Below are positions 1 to 7,937 of a stretch of 32,282 bases of DNA, one piece after another. Under the pieces are notes generated by a model, which was not told the origin of the DNA, made no database searches, and saw nothing but the letters and a program-made list of their open reading frames with translations. The stretch is from a virus. Its lineage: Duplodnaviria > Caudoviricetes. Each line of letters begins with the position of its first letter. Positions within the stretch are counted from its first letter, which is position 1. The stretch spans positions 1-32,282 of the IMG/VR virus record IMGVR_UViG_3300029318_000051. One strand, given 5' to 3'. Position numbers and translations under genes: made by a program.

Positions 1-99
1 AGAAAAGAAGCTCTACAAAAAGTAGATGCCTTACCTACACCTCACTCACATACAATCAAACACTATGCAGAGGAAGATCAGTATATAGTAGAGGTAGAG
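1..99. repeat. 99-bp terminal direct repeat, left copy (circular assembly overlap)
   Basis: Identical to 32184-32282. An ORF reads through the junction. Confidence 0.97.
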
Positions 100-142
100 T
101 GGAAAGGCGAAGTAATATGGTCTAACAACAAAAAGAAAAAAA

Positions 143-505
143 ATGATAAAAGTGAGTAAATACGAGTTTGATTCACAAGATCAAGCAGAAAGCAAAATAA
201 ATGCTTTACCAAGTGTAAAAGATGAAGATGGTAACGATGTACCCTCTCACAAACATACTATCGTTAAGTTAGGTAACATTGTCTTAGAACAAGGCGAATA
301 CGATGAGAACGGAGAAGAAACAAAAGCTCCTGTATTGTCTGACAAGTATCACGTTGATGTTCTATGGAAAGACATTGAAGAAACTGATGAAGATGGTAAT
401 GTTAGTGTAGATCATCCTTACGGATGGAAGTCTTATGCTCTTGATTTAGATAGCGAGGGTATGCACGGATTTATGGGAGTGTCTTACCAAGAAAACAAAT
501 TGTAA
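143..505 (+). CDS. Hypothetical acidic protein downstream of the fibre genes (possible fibre chaperone or cap)
   Basis: 120-aa ORF whose stop overlaps the next ATG. Function inferred from position only. Confidence 0.6.
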   Translation: MIKVSKYEFDSQDQAESKINALPSVKDEDGNDVPSHKHTIVKLGNIVLEQGEYDENGEETKAPVLSDKYHVDVLWKDIEETDEDGNVSVDHPYGWKSYALDLDSEGMHGFMGVSYQENKL

Positions 506-819
506 TGGCAAATTTAAATCCTGAAAGTAAGTTTAGTTTATCTTTAAAAGAAATTGTAGGAGCTGTTATAGCCTTATCAAGTTTGTTTGGTATTTACTTT
601 ACTTTACAGAGTAGTGTAGCTGCAAACACAGAGGACATAGATGCCTTAAAAACAAACAGCGTAAACCCTGTAGAGTTTCAATATAAAGATGAGCTTGTGA
701 GAAGCACAATCCAAAGAGTTGAAGAAAAGACAGATGTATTGAGTGGAGATGTTAAAGAAGTTAAGGATCAACTACAAAAGATTGACGAGAGATTATATCA
801 AATTAGTAAACAAAGATGA
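505..819 (+). CDS. Single-TM plus coiled-coil membrane protein (possible lysis accessory)
   Basis: Hydrophobic segment IVGAVIALSSLFGIYFTL followed by a heptad-rich C-terminus. Confidence 0.55.
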   Translation: MANLNPESKFSLSLKEIVGAVIALSSLFGIYFTLQSSVAANTEDIDALKTNSVNPVEFQYKDELVRSTIQRVEEKTDVLSGDVKEVKDQLQKIDERLYQISKQR

Positions 820-1133
820 GATGTGTAATAATTGCGTTCTTTCTGACTTTTGCGAGTTTTGCTCAAACGGAGTCAATTAGTATCATACAATATACTGCAA
901 GTTTTGCAGAACAAGTAACTTTAGAAGATTATAAAGATTACAATAGTAAAACCTATTTTGTATCTAAATCTCCTGATAAGTTTAAAGACATAAAATATTA
1001 CCCTACTATTATTTTGTTTAATGATGGGGAGGAAGAACTGAGAATTGAAAGTGGCATTAGCCTTAAATTACCTGAGGATTGGAAAGAGCAACTAAACGAA
1101 CATATAGATACTTTATTGCAGCAACGCTTTTAA
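816..1133 (+). CDS. Secreted thioredoxin-like-fold protein lacking CxxC
   Basis: Signal peptide ending FASFA|Q. IKYYPTIILFNDGEEELRIESG matches the cis-Pro/C-terminal half of the thioredoxin fold. No catalytic Cys. Confidence 0.55.
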   Translation: MRCVIIAFFLTFASFAQTESISIIQYTASFAEQVTLEDYKDYNSKTYFVSKSPDKFKDIKYYPTIILFNDGEEELRIESGISLKLPEDWKEQLNEHIDTLLQQRF

Positions 1134-1447
1134 GTACGTTAAGTTTAGCACAAATTCAAAAGGATAAATACTATCATTTCACAGCAGGAGTAATAACAGA
1201 ATATACAGGACAAAAATTAGATTTTCCTATTGGTACTGCATTTGCAGTAGGCTTTGGAAAAGAAACTTTAGATTATATACAATATGGCAAGTTTGACAAA
1301 AAAGACTTATTAGCAACAACAATAGGTGGTTTTGCGTTACACTTGACTATAAAATTAATTAATAAACCAAAAGATGAGAAACTTAATAATCGCATTATTC
1401 GTAAGTATCGTAAGCATAAACGTAAACGCACAAGAAAAAAAAGATAA
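1079..1447 (+). CDS. Membrane protein, YfiM/VanZ-like (DKxxH...GKE..D...D motif)
   Basis: Signal-like N-terminus LSLA|Q, then DKYYHFTAG, GFGKETLD and DLLATTIGG. The TTG start is uncertain. Confidence 0.55.
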   Translation: MERATKRTYRYFIAATLLSTLSLAQIQKDKYYHFTAGVITEYTGQKLDFPIGTAFAVGFGKETLDYIQYGKFDKKDLLATTIGGFALHLTIKLINKPKDEKLNNRIIRKYRKHKRKRTRKKR

Positions 1448-2459
1448 TATATTTAAAAAGATTTTTAAGTATTCTACTTTATACGGAGCTTACTCACAAA
1501 CAAATTCAATACAAGCACCACAAACATTTATTGTAACACAAGATAATGAGCTAATTGAAACTACTCGTAGGCATCCGTCTGACATGATGTTTACTTATGG
1601 TCTTAGAAAGTTAGCGTTTTTCCAATACGAAAACAGAAACAAATTTTATGACGGATCAGAAAAGAATCAATCAGTTAAATCTAACATAGGTGCTTATAAA
1701 GGTTTAGAATATCTTATAGAATATTCAAGAGGCAGACAACAAGGTAGGGAGTTTGATAATCAAGAGATGTTTGTTAGATATTTAGCTAAGTATTGGTTAG
1801 TAAAAGGAGAGTACCAAAAGAACGAACTAATTGATATAGATTATAAAAGTGCCGAGGTCAGATTTAGATTGCCAATAGGTAAGAAACTAAGTATAAGTAT
1901 CGGCTCAATCTATAGGACTTATTCTAAAGCCTATGGGCATAACCCAATTCAATCTTTTTTAGAAAACCAAAATTGGTGGGAATTAGCATACCAATATCAC
2001 ACAGACCAACTATATGAAATGATAGACCCATTTACTGAAGAAAGTTTAGGTTATGATTATTTGTGGTTTAACGAAGATGGTCAAATTATAGCAGCAAGTG
2101 ATGCAGATTATCGTAACGGAGTATTTCAAAATGTAGTAAATAGATACAACAGAGAGGAATTAGCTAATATAGGTAGCTTTGCAGATTTAGCAGCAGTAGC
2201 AGGTGTGGACTTCTATCACTACAAAAAGAACTTTTGGGTGCATTTATACGGAAACATATTAACTAAACACCAACTAATGAGTGGAGATGAAAGATACTCG
2301 TACAATAATTTTGTAGAGGGAGATTGGATAGATTACTCAGCAGGTAGTGTGTTCGGTTTTAGATGGGGTAAATTAGGTGTGTTTACTGAAGTTACTTTAC
2401 AAAGGTATTGGGATAGAAACCTTAAAGAAATTAAAGTCGGACTTAATTATAAATTATGA
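1374..2459 (+). CDS. Putative outer-membrane beta-barrel protein
   Basis: Signal peptide NVNA|Q, many alternating aromatic amphipathic strands, and a C-terminal beta-signal-like IKVGLNYKL. Confidence 0.65.
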   Translation: MRNLIIALFVSIVSINVNAQEKKDNIFKKIFKYSTLYGAYSQTNSIQAPQTFIVTQDNELIETTRRHPSDMMFTYGLRKLAFFQYENRNKFYDGSEKNQSVKSNIGAYKGLEYLIEYSRGRQQGREFDNQEMFVRYLAKYWLVKGEYQKNELIDIDYKSAEVRFRLPIGKKLSISIGSIYRTYSKAYGHNPIQSFLENQNWWELAYQYHTDQLYEMIDPFTEESLGYDYLWFNEDGQIIAASDADYRNGVFQNVVNRYNREELANIGSFADLAAVAGVDFYHYKKNFWVHLYGNILTKHQLMSGDERYSYNNFVEGDWIDYSAGSVFGFRWGKLGVFTEVTLQRYWDRNLKEIKVGLNYKL

Positions 2460-2914
2460 GAATAAGCAAACATATATCTTATAAAGAAGCTGTACATAGT
2501 GCTACAGCTAAGCGTAGAGGCATAAAGAACGTACCTAATGAAGATCAATTAGATAATATGTATAGAGTAGCAGAATTTATATTTGAGCCTCTTAGATTGT
2601 ATGTAGGTGGTGCTATTAAGATTACATCTTTTTTTAGAAGTGAAGAATTAAATACTGCAATAGGTGGCTCTACTAAATCTCAACATTGTAAAGGACAAGC
2701 AATAGATATTGATGATGTTTTTGGATATAAAACTAATTATGAGATGTTTACATACATAAGAGAGAATTTAGACTTTGATCAGTTAATATATGAGTTCGGT
2801 AGTAATGACAATCCTGATTGGGTACATTGTTCTTATGTTTCAAAAAAAGAAAATCGTAATAGAGTTTTAAGAGCTATACGAGAAAATGGTAAAACAAGAT
2901 ACGAATTATATTAA
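2456..2914 (+). CDS. Endolysin, peptidase M15A family
   Basis: FRSxxLNxAIGGSxxSQHxxGxAxD and WVH zinc-peptidase motifs. Confidence 0.9.
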   Translation: MRISKHISYKEAVHSATAKRRGIKNVPNEDQLDNMYRVAEFIFEPLRLYVGGAIKITSFFRSEELNTAIGGSTKSQHCKGQAIDIDDVFGYKTNYEMFTYIRENLDFDQLIYEFGSNDNPDWVHCSYVSKKENRNRVLRAIRENGKTRYELY

Positions 2915-3057
2915 TGGACTTTTCTATAATACTTTTATTACCAAACGGAATCAATGTAGGTGTAAATTATTTTCCTGCTGACACAGAGCATAACTACGAA
3001 GAACTAAACATTTATTTATTAATCGTACAACTTAAATGGAGATTTTATTATGAGTAA
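2914..3057 (+). CDS. 47-aa beta-rich hypothetical protein (not in ORF track)
   Basis: MDFSIILLLPNGINVGVNYFPADTEHNYEELNIYLLIVQLKWRFYYE. TAATG coupling to the endolysin, and it fills the gap up to the holin. Confidence 0.7.
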   Translation: MDFSIILLLPNGINVGVNYFPADTEHNYEELNIYLLIVQLKWRFYYE

Positions 3058-3502
3058 AAAATTTAAAGATAGTACTGTAGGCAAAGTATTACTTGGTGCT
3101 GCAAGTATGTTAAACCCTACATTAGGAAGCGTTTTAAAGGGTGTTACAAGTCCACAGGAAGCGATTGCAGAGATAACTAAGGCAGAAGCACCACAAGAGG
3201 ATAAAATCAAGTTACAACAGCTAATATACGATCAACAAAACAAAGAGATAGAAGCTATAACGTCAAGATGGAAAGCAGATAGTATGTCTGATTCTTGGCT
3301 AAGTAAAAACGTAAGACCACTTGTACTTGTGTGGTGTATATGTATATTTTCTTTAGCAGGTATTTTAGATAGTATAGAAAGCGTACCTTTCCACATAAAC
3401 GACACATGGAATGATACTTTTGAAAAAGTTATGATGGCTGTAGTGTTGGCATATTTTGGTGGAAGAACTACAGAAAAAGCAACAAGTTTATTTAAGAAAT
3501 AA
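3050..3502 (+). CDS. Putative holin (3TM/GTA-holin-like)
   Basis: RWxADxxSDSWLSKNVRP and LAYFGGR motifs, two C-terminal TM segments, located near the endolysin. Confidence 0.75.
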   Translation: MSKKFKDSTVGKVLLGAASMLNPTLGSVLKGVTSPQEAIAEITKAEAPQEDKIKLQQLIYDQQNKEIEAITSRWKADSMSDSWLSKNVRPLVLVWCICIFSLAGILDSIESVPFHINDTWNDTFEKVMMAVVLAYFGGRTTEKATSLFKK

Positions 3503-3616
3503 CCCTATACTATAGTTATTATATATACGACCTATAGTCTATTTGGTTGTTTAAGGGAAGTGTATATATTATATATAATATAGGCTAAGTTAGTGTTTTT
3601 TTTTGTAACTTTCAAT

Positions 3617-4015
3617 ATGCCACGTAAAATCTCAAGAAAAAATCTTATTAAAAAATTAGATACTATATTTAGCGAATATATAAGGCGTAAATATGCAGAT
3701 AAGAATGGTATTGTTAAATGTTATACTTGTAATGTTAAAAAATATTGGAAAGGAGAGGGTATGCAAGCAGGGCATATGATTTCACGAAAAAGCAGAATAT
3801 TGCGATGGTCAGAAAAAAATGTGAGACCACAGTGCTATAGTTGCAATTGTCATTTTTATGGCAGACAGTTAGAATTTGCTATGCATCTTAATCAAGAGTA
3901 TGGTTATAACATAGCTGAAGAACTACTAATAGAAAGTAAAAAGATAATCAAACAAAGTGATAAAGATTTAAAAAATCTAATTGAATTGTATCAAGATAAA
4001 ATAAAAAACCTATAA
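3617..4015 (+). CDS. ninG: NinG/Rap-like recombination endonuclease
   Basis: LDxIFSxYIR, CYTC, AGHxISR, NVRPQCxxCN. ATG at 3617 preferred over GTG at 3593. Confidence 0.85.
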   Translation: MPRKISRKNLIKKLDTIFSEYIRRKYADKNGIVKCYTCNVKKYWKGEGMQAGHMISRKSRILRWSEKNVRPQCYSCNCHFYGRQLEFAMHLNQEYGYNIAEELLIESKKIIKQSDKDLKNLIELYQDKIKNL

Positions 4016-4042
4016 ACTTCCTTAAATTTTTCCTTTGTTTTT

Positions 4043-4076
4043 AGAGGGGTTTACTTCGGTAAGCCTCTTTTTTTTT
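4043..4076 (+). terminator. Rho-independent terminator
   Basis: AGAGGGGTTTAC-TTCG-GTAAGCCTCT stem with a cUUCGg loop and a long T tract. Confidence 0.85.
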
Positions 4077-4120
4077 ATTAACATTAGTTTAAATCAAAAT
4101 ATTTTTTGTAGCTTTATAAA
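4076..4120 (+). promoter_or_regulatory. Putative host-sigma (Bacteroidota-type) early promoter
   Basis: TTGTAGCTTTA resembles the -7 TAnnTTTG element. Shares upstream TATTAACATTnGTTTA with the 7498 site. Confidence 0.45.
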
Positions 4121-4246
4121 ATGAGAACAAATTACTCACATCAAACAAAAGACACTTTACTATTAGAATATAGTTATAAGGTCGAAGCATTATTAAATAA
4201 AATAAAACAATTAGAAAATCAATTAAATTATGAAAGGAAAAATTAA
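4121..4246 (+). CDS. 41-aa coiled-coil peptide (not in ORF track)
   Basis: MRTNYSHQTKDTLLLEYSYKVEALLNKIKQLENQLNYERKN. Follows the promoter and overlaps the next gene. Confidence 0.6.
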   Translation: MRTNYSHQTKDTLLLEYSYKVEALLNKIKQLENQLNYERKN

Positions 4247-4580
4247 ATTTATTCAAGAAAAAGGAGAATGGTCTAATAGTTCAGGCACATTCAATAAGTA
4301 TCAAGTTCAATTTGACGATGGTCAAAGTTTTCAGTTTTTAGCTAAAGGTCAATTTAAAAAACAAATAGGCGACTTAGTAGAATACGAAATCACAAATCAA
4401 CAATACGGAACTGCAAAGCTCATTTATACTAAACCTCAACCTGCACCAAGCAAAGATGTAACTATATCTAAATTAGCTTGTTTAAAGGCTGCTGCTGAAT
4501 TTAATGCAGGAAGACCTCAATCAGACAGAGTTAGTGTAGTAGAAGATGCTAAACATTTCTATAATTGGATAATAAGTTAA
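4230..4580 (+). CDS. Hypothetical protein, possible OB-fold ssDNA-binding/annealing protein
   Basis: Beta-rich N-terminus plus helical C-terminus, in replication-block context. Confidence 0.5.
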   Translation: MKGKIKFIQEKGEWSNSSGTFNKYQVQFDDGQSFQFLAKGQFKKQIGDLVEYEITNQQYGTAKLIYTKPQPAPSKDVTISKLACLKAAAEFNAGRPQSDRVSVVEDAKHFYNWIIS

Positions 4581-4583
4581 GCT

Positions 4584-4796
4584 ATGATAGTAAACGAAAC
4601 ATTTGAAAGCTACCGAGAGGAAGTTAATAGAATAGATAATGCTATGCGATTGTTAATTAAACATAAATATAAGATTATAGATTTAGAAAATCAACTTATA
4701 CATAGTGGAAACATAGACAATTTAAAAGCAAGAGTAAGTTACAAAAGAGTACCGAAACACTCAAGAGTATATTTAAAAACTAATAAAAATGGATAA
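4584..4796 (+). CDS. Hypothetical protein
   Basis: 70-aa ORF packed between neighbours. Confidence 0.7.
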   Translation: MIVNETFESYREEVNRIDNAMRLLIKHKYKIIDLENQLIHSGNIDNLKARVSYKRVPKHSRVYLKTNKNG

Positions 4797-5121
4797 AATG
4801 TCAATAACAGGAAAAGTAAAAAAAATAACAGACGTAGAAGAAAAAGGAACTTTTAGATTTAGAAAACTTATAGTCGAAACAAATGATAAATACCCTCAAG
4901 TAGTATCTATAGATTTTACACAGAATAATTGTGGCTTACTTGATGTATGGAAAACAGGAGATACAGTAGAGGTTTTCTTTAATGTAAGAGGCAGAGAGTG
5001 GACTAATCGTGATGGTAATGTGCTTTACTTTACAACTCTAAACGGATGGAAAGTTAGAGAGTATAAAGAGGTAACTGCACAAGACCAAGCACCTGACAGA
5101 GAAGATGATCTACCATTCTAA
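4789..5121 (+). CDS. DUF3127-family SSB-like protein
   Basis: KYPQ, FNVRGREW, YFTTLNGWK and acidic C-terminal DDLPF. Confidence 0.85.
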   Translation: MDKMSITGKVKKITDVEEKGTFRFRKLIVETNDKYPQVVSIDFTQNNCGLLDVWKTGDTVEVFFNVRGREWTNRDGNVLYFTTLNGWKVREYKEVTAQDQAPDREDDLPF

Positions 5122-5137
5122 TTTTTAAATTTCAAAC

Positions 5138-5162
5138 AGGGGGTTTCGTACCCCCTTTTTTT
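5138..5162 (+). terminator. Rho-independent terminator abutting the helicase start
   Basis: AGGGGGT-TTCGT-ACCCCCT followed by a T tract. Confidence 0.8.
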
Positions 5163-6086
5163 ATGCTTATAAACTATTCAGACCATATAAACAAACTAAA
5201 CGACTTTCGTAAAGGCAAAGTTCGTGAAGCCTTAAAGTTAGGCAATAAAGAAATAGATTCATCTTTTAGGTTTGTAGCAGGTAACATGAACTTTATCTTA
5301 GGACATAACAACGTAGGTAAAACACACTTTACGTTTTATCTTATGTTACTTTACTCACTCAAACATAACATAAAGTGGTTAGTATTTTCAAGTGAAAATG
5401 ATCCTGTACAACTTATCAAAAAGCTAATAGAGTTTATAGAGGGCAAACCAATTAACAAAATAGAAGAAAAAGACTACGAAGAATCAAAAGATTTTGTATA
5501 TAATCATTTTAAGTTTGTAGATATAAACAGACAATACACATACAAACAATTATTAGATTTAGCCGAAAAAGTTAAAGAGGCATGGAACTATGATGGTTTA
5601 CTTATTGATCCTATAAACTCACTAAGAAAAGATTTAAAAGATACTAATGGCTATGAGTATTCTTATGTACAACTTACTGACATACGAATATTTTGTAAGA
5701 AATATAATATCTCTACTTGGATATGTTCTCATGCAGTAACCGAAGCCTTGCGTAAACGACACTCTGCTAATCACGAGTACGGAGGCATGACACCTCCTCC
5801 AACCATAGGAGATAGTGAGGGTGGAGCTGTAAACGGAAACAGGTGTGATGATTTTCTTATTTGCCACAGGTATATAGCAAGTCCTGATGCTTGGATGTAC
5901 ACAAGATTGTATGTAGCTAAGGTAAAAGAAATGAGTTTAGGTTATAAACCTACAAGCCATGAAAGTCCTATTATGTTTAAGTCTATTTTAAATAATGTAG
6001 GTTTTACAATAGGTGGTAGAAATTTAATAAAGTATAGAACTAAGAAACAACTAACCATTGACAACACTCGAAAAGATAGCAAGTAA
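5163..6086 (+). CDS. DnaB-like (SF4) replicative helicase
   Basis: Walker A GHNNVGKT, FSSEN, Walker B LLIDP, and a ICSH motif. Confidence 0.8.
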   Translation: MLINYSDHINKLNDFRKGKVREALKLGNKEIDSSFRFVAGNMNFILGHNNVGKTHFTFYLMLLYSLKHNIKWLVFSSENDPVQLIKKLIEFIEGKPINKIEEKDYEESKDFVYNHFKFVDINRQYTYKQLLDLAEKVKEAWNYDGLLIDPINSLRKDLKDTNGYEYSYVQLTDIRIFCKKYNISTWICSHAVTEALRKRHSANHEYGGMTPPPTIGDSEGGAVNGNRCDDFLICHRYIASPDAWMYTRLYVAKVKEMSLGYKPTSHESPIMFKSILNNVGFTIGGRNLIKYRTKKQLTIDNTRKDSK

Positions 6087-6555
6087 ACATAAAGATTGGT
6101 TGCGCATAGTTAAGAGCTTTGGATGTGAGGGAGACAAATGCGAGGATCTCTGCCAAGAAATGTATATAAAAGTACACACTCTTATAAGTAATGGCACAGA
6201 CATAAGTTACGGAGATGATATAAATCATTTTTACATTTATAGAATTTTAAGGTCTTTGTTTATAGATTTATGTCGCAAAGAAAAAAAAGTTATCAAAGTA
6301 AACATAGATTACTTAGAAAAGTTTGTACAAGAGGAAGAAGTTAAAGAATACAAAGACATAGAGGGTAAAATGAAAGAGTTAGACAGCTTATTAGATAAAG
6401 TCTATTGGTATGATGCCAAAGTATTTAATTTAATTGCAGAGCAAAATATATCAATAGCCGAACTGTCTAAGAAAACAGGAATAAGTTATTATTCGTTATA
6501 CAATACATACAAGAACGTAAAATCATTAATTAAAACAGAAATACAATGGGATTAG
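6058..6555 (+). CDS. ECF/sigma-70-like RNA polymerase sigma factor
   Basis: Region 2-like EDLCQEMYIK...YIYRILRSLFID and region 4 HTH SIAELSKKTGISYYSLYNT. Confidence 0.75.
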   Translation: MTTLEKIASKHKDWLRIVKSFGCEGDKCEDLCQEMYIKVHTLISNGTDISYGDDINHFYIYRILRSLFIDLCRKEKKVIKVNIDYLEKFVQEEEVKEYKDIEGKMKELDSLLDKVYWYDAKVFNLIAEQNISIAELSKKTGISYYSLYNTYKNVKSLIKTEIQWD

Positions 6556-6677
6556 GAGATCTAATAGAAAAGATAACAACTTACACAGGTATTAAGTGGA
6601 TAGTAAAAAAGATATGGGGAGACAAGTGTGGGTGTGAAGATCGTAAAAAAAACGCAAACAAAGTAAAGCTATGGTAG
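6546..6677 (+). CDS. 43-aa peptide with GLGD and CGC motifs (not in ORF track)
   Basis: MGLGDLIEKITTYTGIKWIVKKIWGDKCGCEDRKKNANKVKLW. Overlaps both neighbours. Confidence 0.75.
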   Translation: MGLGDLIEKITTYTGIKWIVKKIWGDKCGCEDRKKNANKVKLW

Positions 6678-6862
6678 AGGAAGATTTAGAAAGATGGTTA
6701 GATTTTACCAATCGACCAAAACAACACGAATTAAACAGAAGCCAAATAGAGTTAGTGGCAGAGCTACATGCAAAATACTATAAGCATAGCTACAATGAGC
6801 CTTGCACTTGTAATGGAAGTATTTACAGAAGATGGATAGCAGACCTTAACAAACTTGTATAA
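6671..6862 (+). CDS. Hypothetical protein (PCTC motif)
   Basis: 63-aa ORF with TAATG coupling to the next gene. Confidence 0.7.
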   Translation: MVEEDLERWLDFTNRPKQHELNRSQIELVAELHAKYYKHSYNEPCTCNGSIYRRWIADLNKLV

Positions 6863-7503
6863 TGGAAAACTACTACTATACATTATCTATTCCTACTGCT
6901 GTTTATAGAAAGCTAAACAAGAAGCAATCTATCAATAAGTATTTTAAGACAGAGTATGTAGGTAATTGTATGGAATTAATCACAGACTTCTACAAAACAA
7001 CATCCGACTACACACACAATGCTTGGGAAGATTACTACAAAGAAATAGTAGGTTTTACACAATTAGAACTTGTATATGAAAAGATTAAAGAACTATCTGA
7101 GCAAAAAGACATTTACTTAAAAAGATATGTTTGGCATAGAGTAATAGGTCAAACTTGGAATGGCTTTAGAAACGAGATAGGAATAATAGAAGAACTACAA
7201 GCAGAGTTTAAAAACGTAAGGATATATAAAACATCATTTGAAAAAGATCATGAGTATTGCATAGATGCTGAAATGTACAGCAACAAGACTTTATTATTAG
7301 GCATACAAATAAAACCTATCAGCTATAAGCTAATGAATAGTCCTTACCAATTAAAAGCAAAAGAAAACCACAAAGCAAAGAATGAAAAGTATAAATTAAG
7401 ATATGCACCCTATATTTATGTGTATCATAAGAATCATAAGATTTATAAAAAATCAGATATAGTAAATCAAATAAATACTATTTTTCATTTAAATACATAT
7501 TAA
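6862..7503 (+). CDS. MjaI-like PD-(D/E)xK restriction endonuclease
   Basis: VIGQTWNGFRNE...DHEYCIDA...GIQIKPISY, the pattern I recognise from the RE_MjaI family. Confidence 0.65.
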   Translation: MENYYYTLSIPTAVYRKLNKKQSINKYFKTEYVGNCMELITDFYKTTSDYTHNAWEDYYKEIVGFTQLELVYEKIKELSEQKDIYLKRYVWHRVIGQTWNGFRNEIGIIEELQAEFKNVRIYKTSFEKDHEYCIDAEMYSNKTLLLGIQIKPISYKLMNSPYQLKAKENHKAKNEKYKLRYAPYIYVYHKNHKIYKKSDIVNQINTIFHLNTY

Positions 7504-7545
7504 CATTTGTTTATTTCATTTTATTTTGTATATTGCAATAAATAA
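7498..7545 (+). promoter_or_regulatory. Putative host-sigma early promoter
   Basis: TTTG (-33-like) followed by TTGTATATTGCA (-7-like). Upstream sequence resembles the 4076 site. Confidence 0.5.
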
Positions 7546-7556
7546 AACTAAATATT

Positions 7557-7784
7557 ATGAAAGAAAATTTAACATTATTACAATTAATTTTAATTATTGA
7601 AGTTGCTGATGAATATAGTGATATATCAGTATCTTACATATTAAAAGAATTACAAGAGGATTTTGACGACTTGAAAGATGATTTAGAATATGCTAAAAAA
7701 CATATTAACGAAATTTTATCAAGTAAAGAAAGATTAAACGAATATGTCGGAGAATGTAAATTCTCAGGACTATATTATAGATAA
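7557..7784 (+). CDS. Hypothetical acidic helical protein
   Basis: 75-aa ORF directly behind the promoter-like site. Confidence 0.7.
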   Translation: MKENLTLLQLILIIEVADEYSDISVSYILKELQEDFDDLKDDLEYAKKHINEILSSKERLNEYVGECKFSGLYYR

Positions 7785-7790
7785 AAAATT

Positions 7791-7937
7791 ATGAAAATAC
7801 TTATAGACGAATTAGTAATCTTAGACGACTGTGTAGTAACAGGTACTTTTAAGTGGAGGTCAGAGATTGATCCTACTTGGAAACCTATGGTATGGAATGA
7901 AACTTTTGAATGTTGGACTAAGAATTATTGTGGCTAA
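7791..7937 (+). CDS. 48-aa Trp/Cys-rich protein (not in ORF track)
   Basis: MKILIDELVILDDCVVTGTFKWRSEIDPTWKPMVWNETFECWTKNYCG, with an A-rich leader. Confidence 0.7.
   Translation: MKILIDELVILDDCVVTGTFKWRSEIDPTWKPMVWNETFECWTKNYCG

Noticed and set aside
1-99. Terminal repeat as a biological direct terminal repeat
   Set aside because: It is exactly 99 bp (a common assembler k-mer) and falls mid-gene, so it is best explained as a circular assembly overlap.
1374-1447. Highly basic tail RKYRKHKRKRTRKKR as a functional nucleic-acid-binding motif
   Set aside because: It arises from a 74-nt overlap with the signal-peptide codons of the next gene.
6645-6653. A-AAA-AAC slippery heptamer that could fuse 6546..6677 to 6671..6862 by a -1 shift
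   Set aside because: The frames are compatible, but A runs are very common here, no stimulatory structure is evident, and the downstream ORF has its own coupled ATG. Worth revisiting only if homologues are fused.
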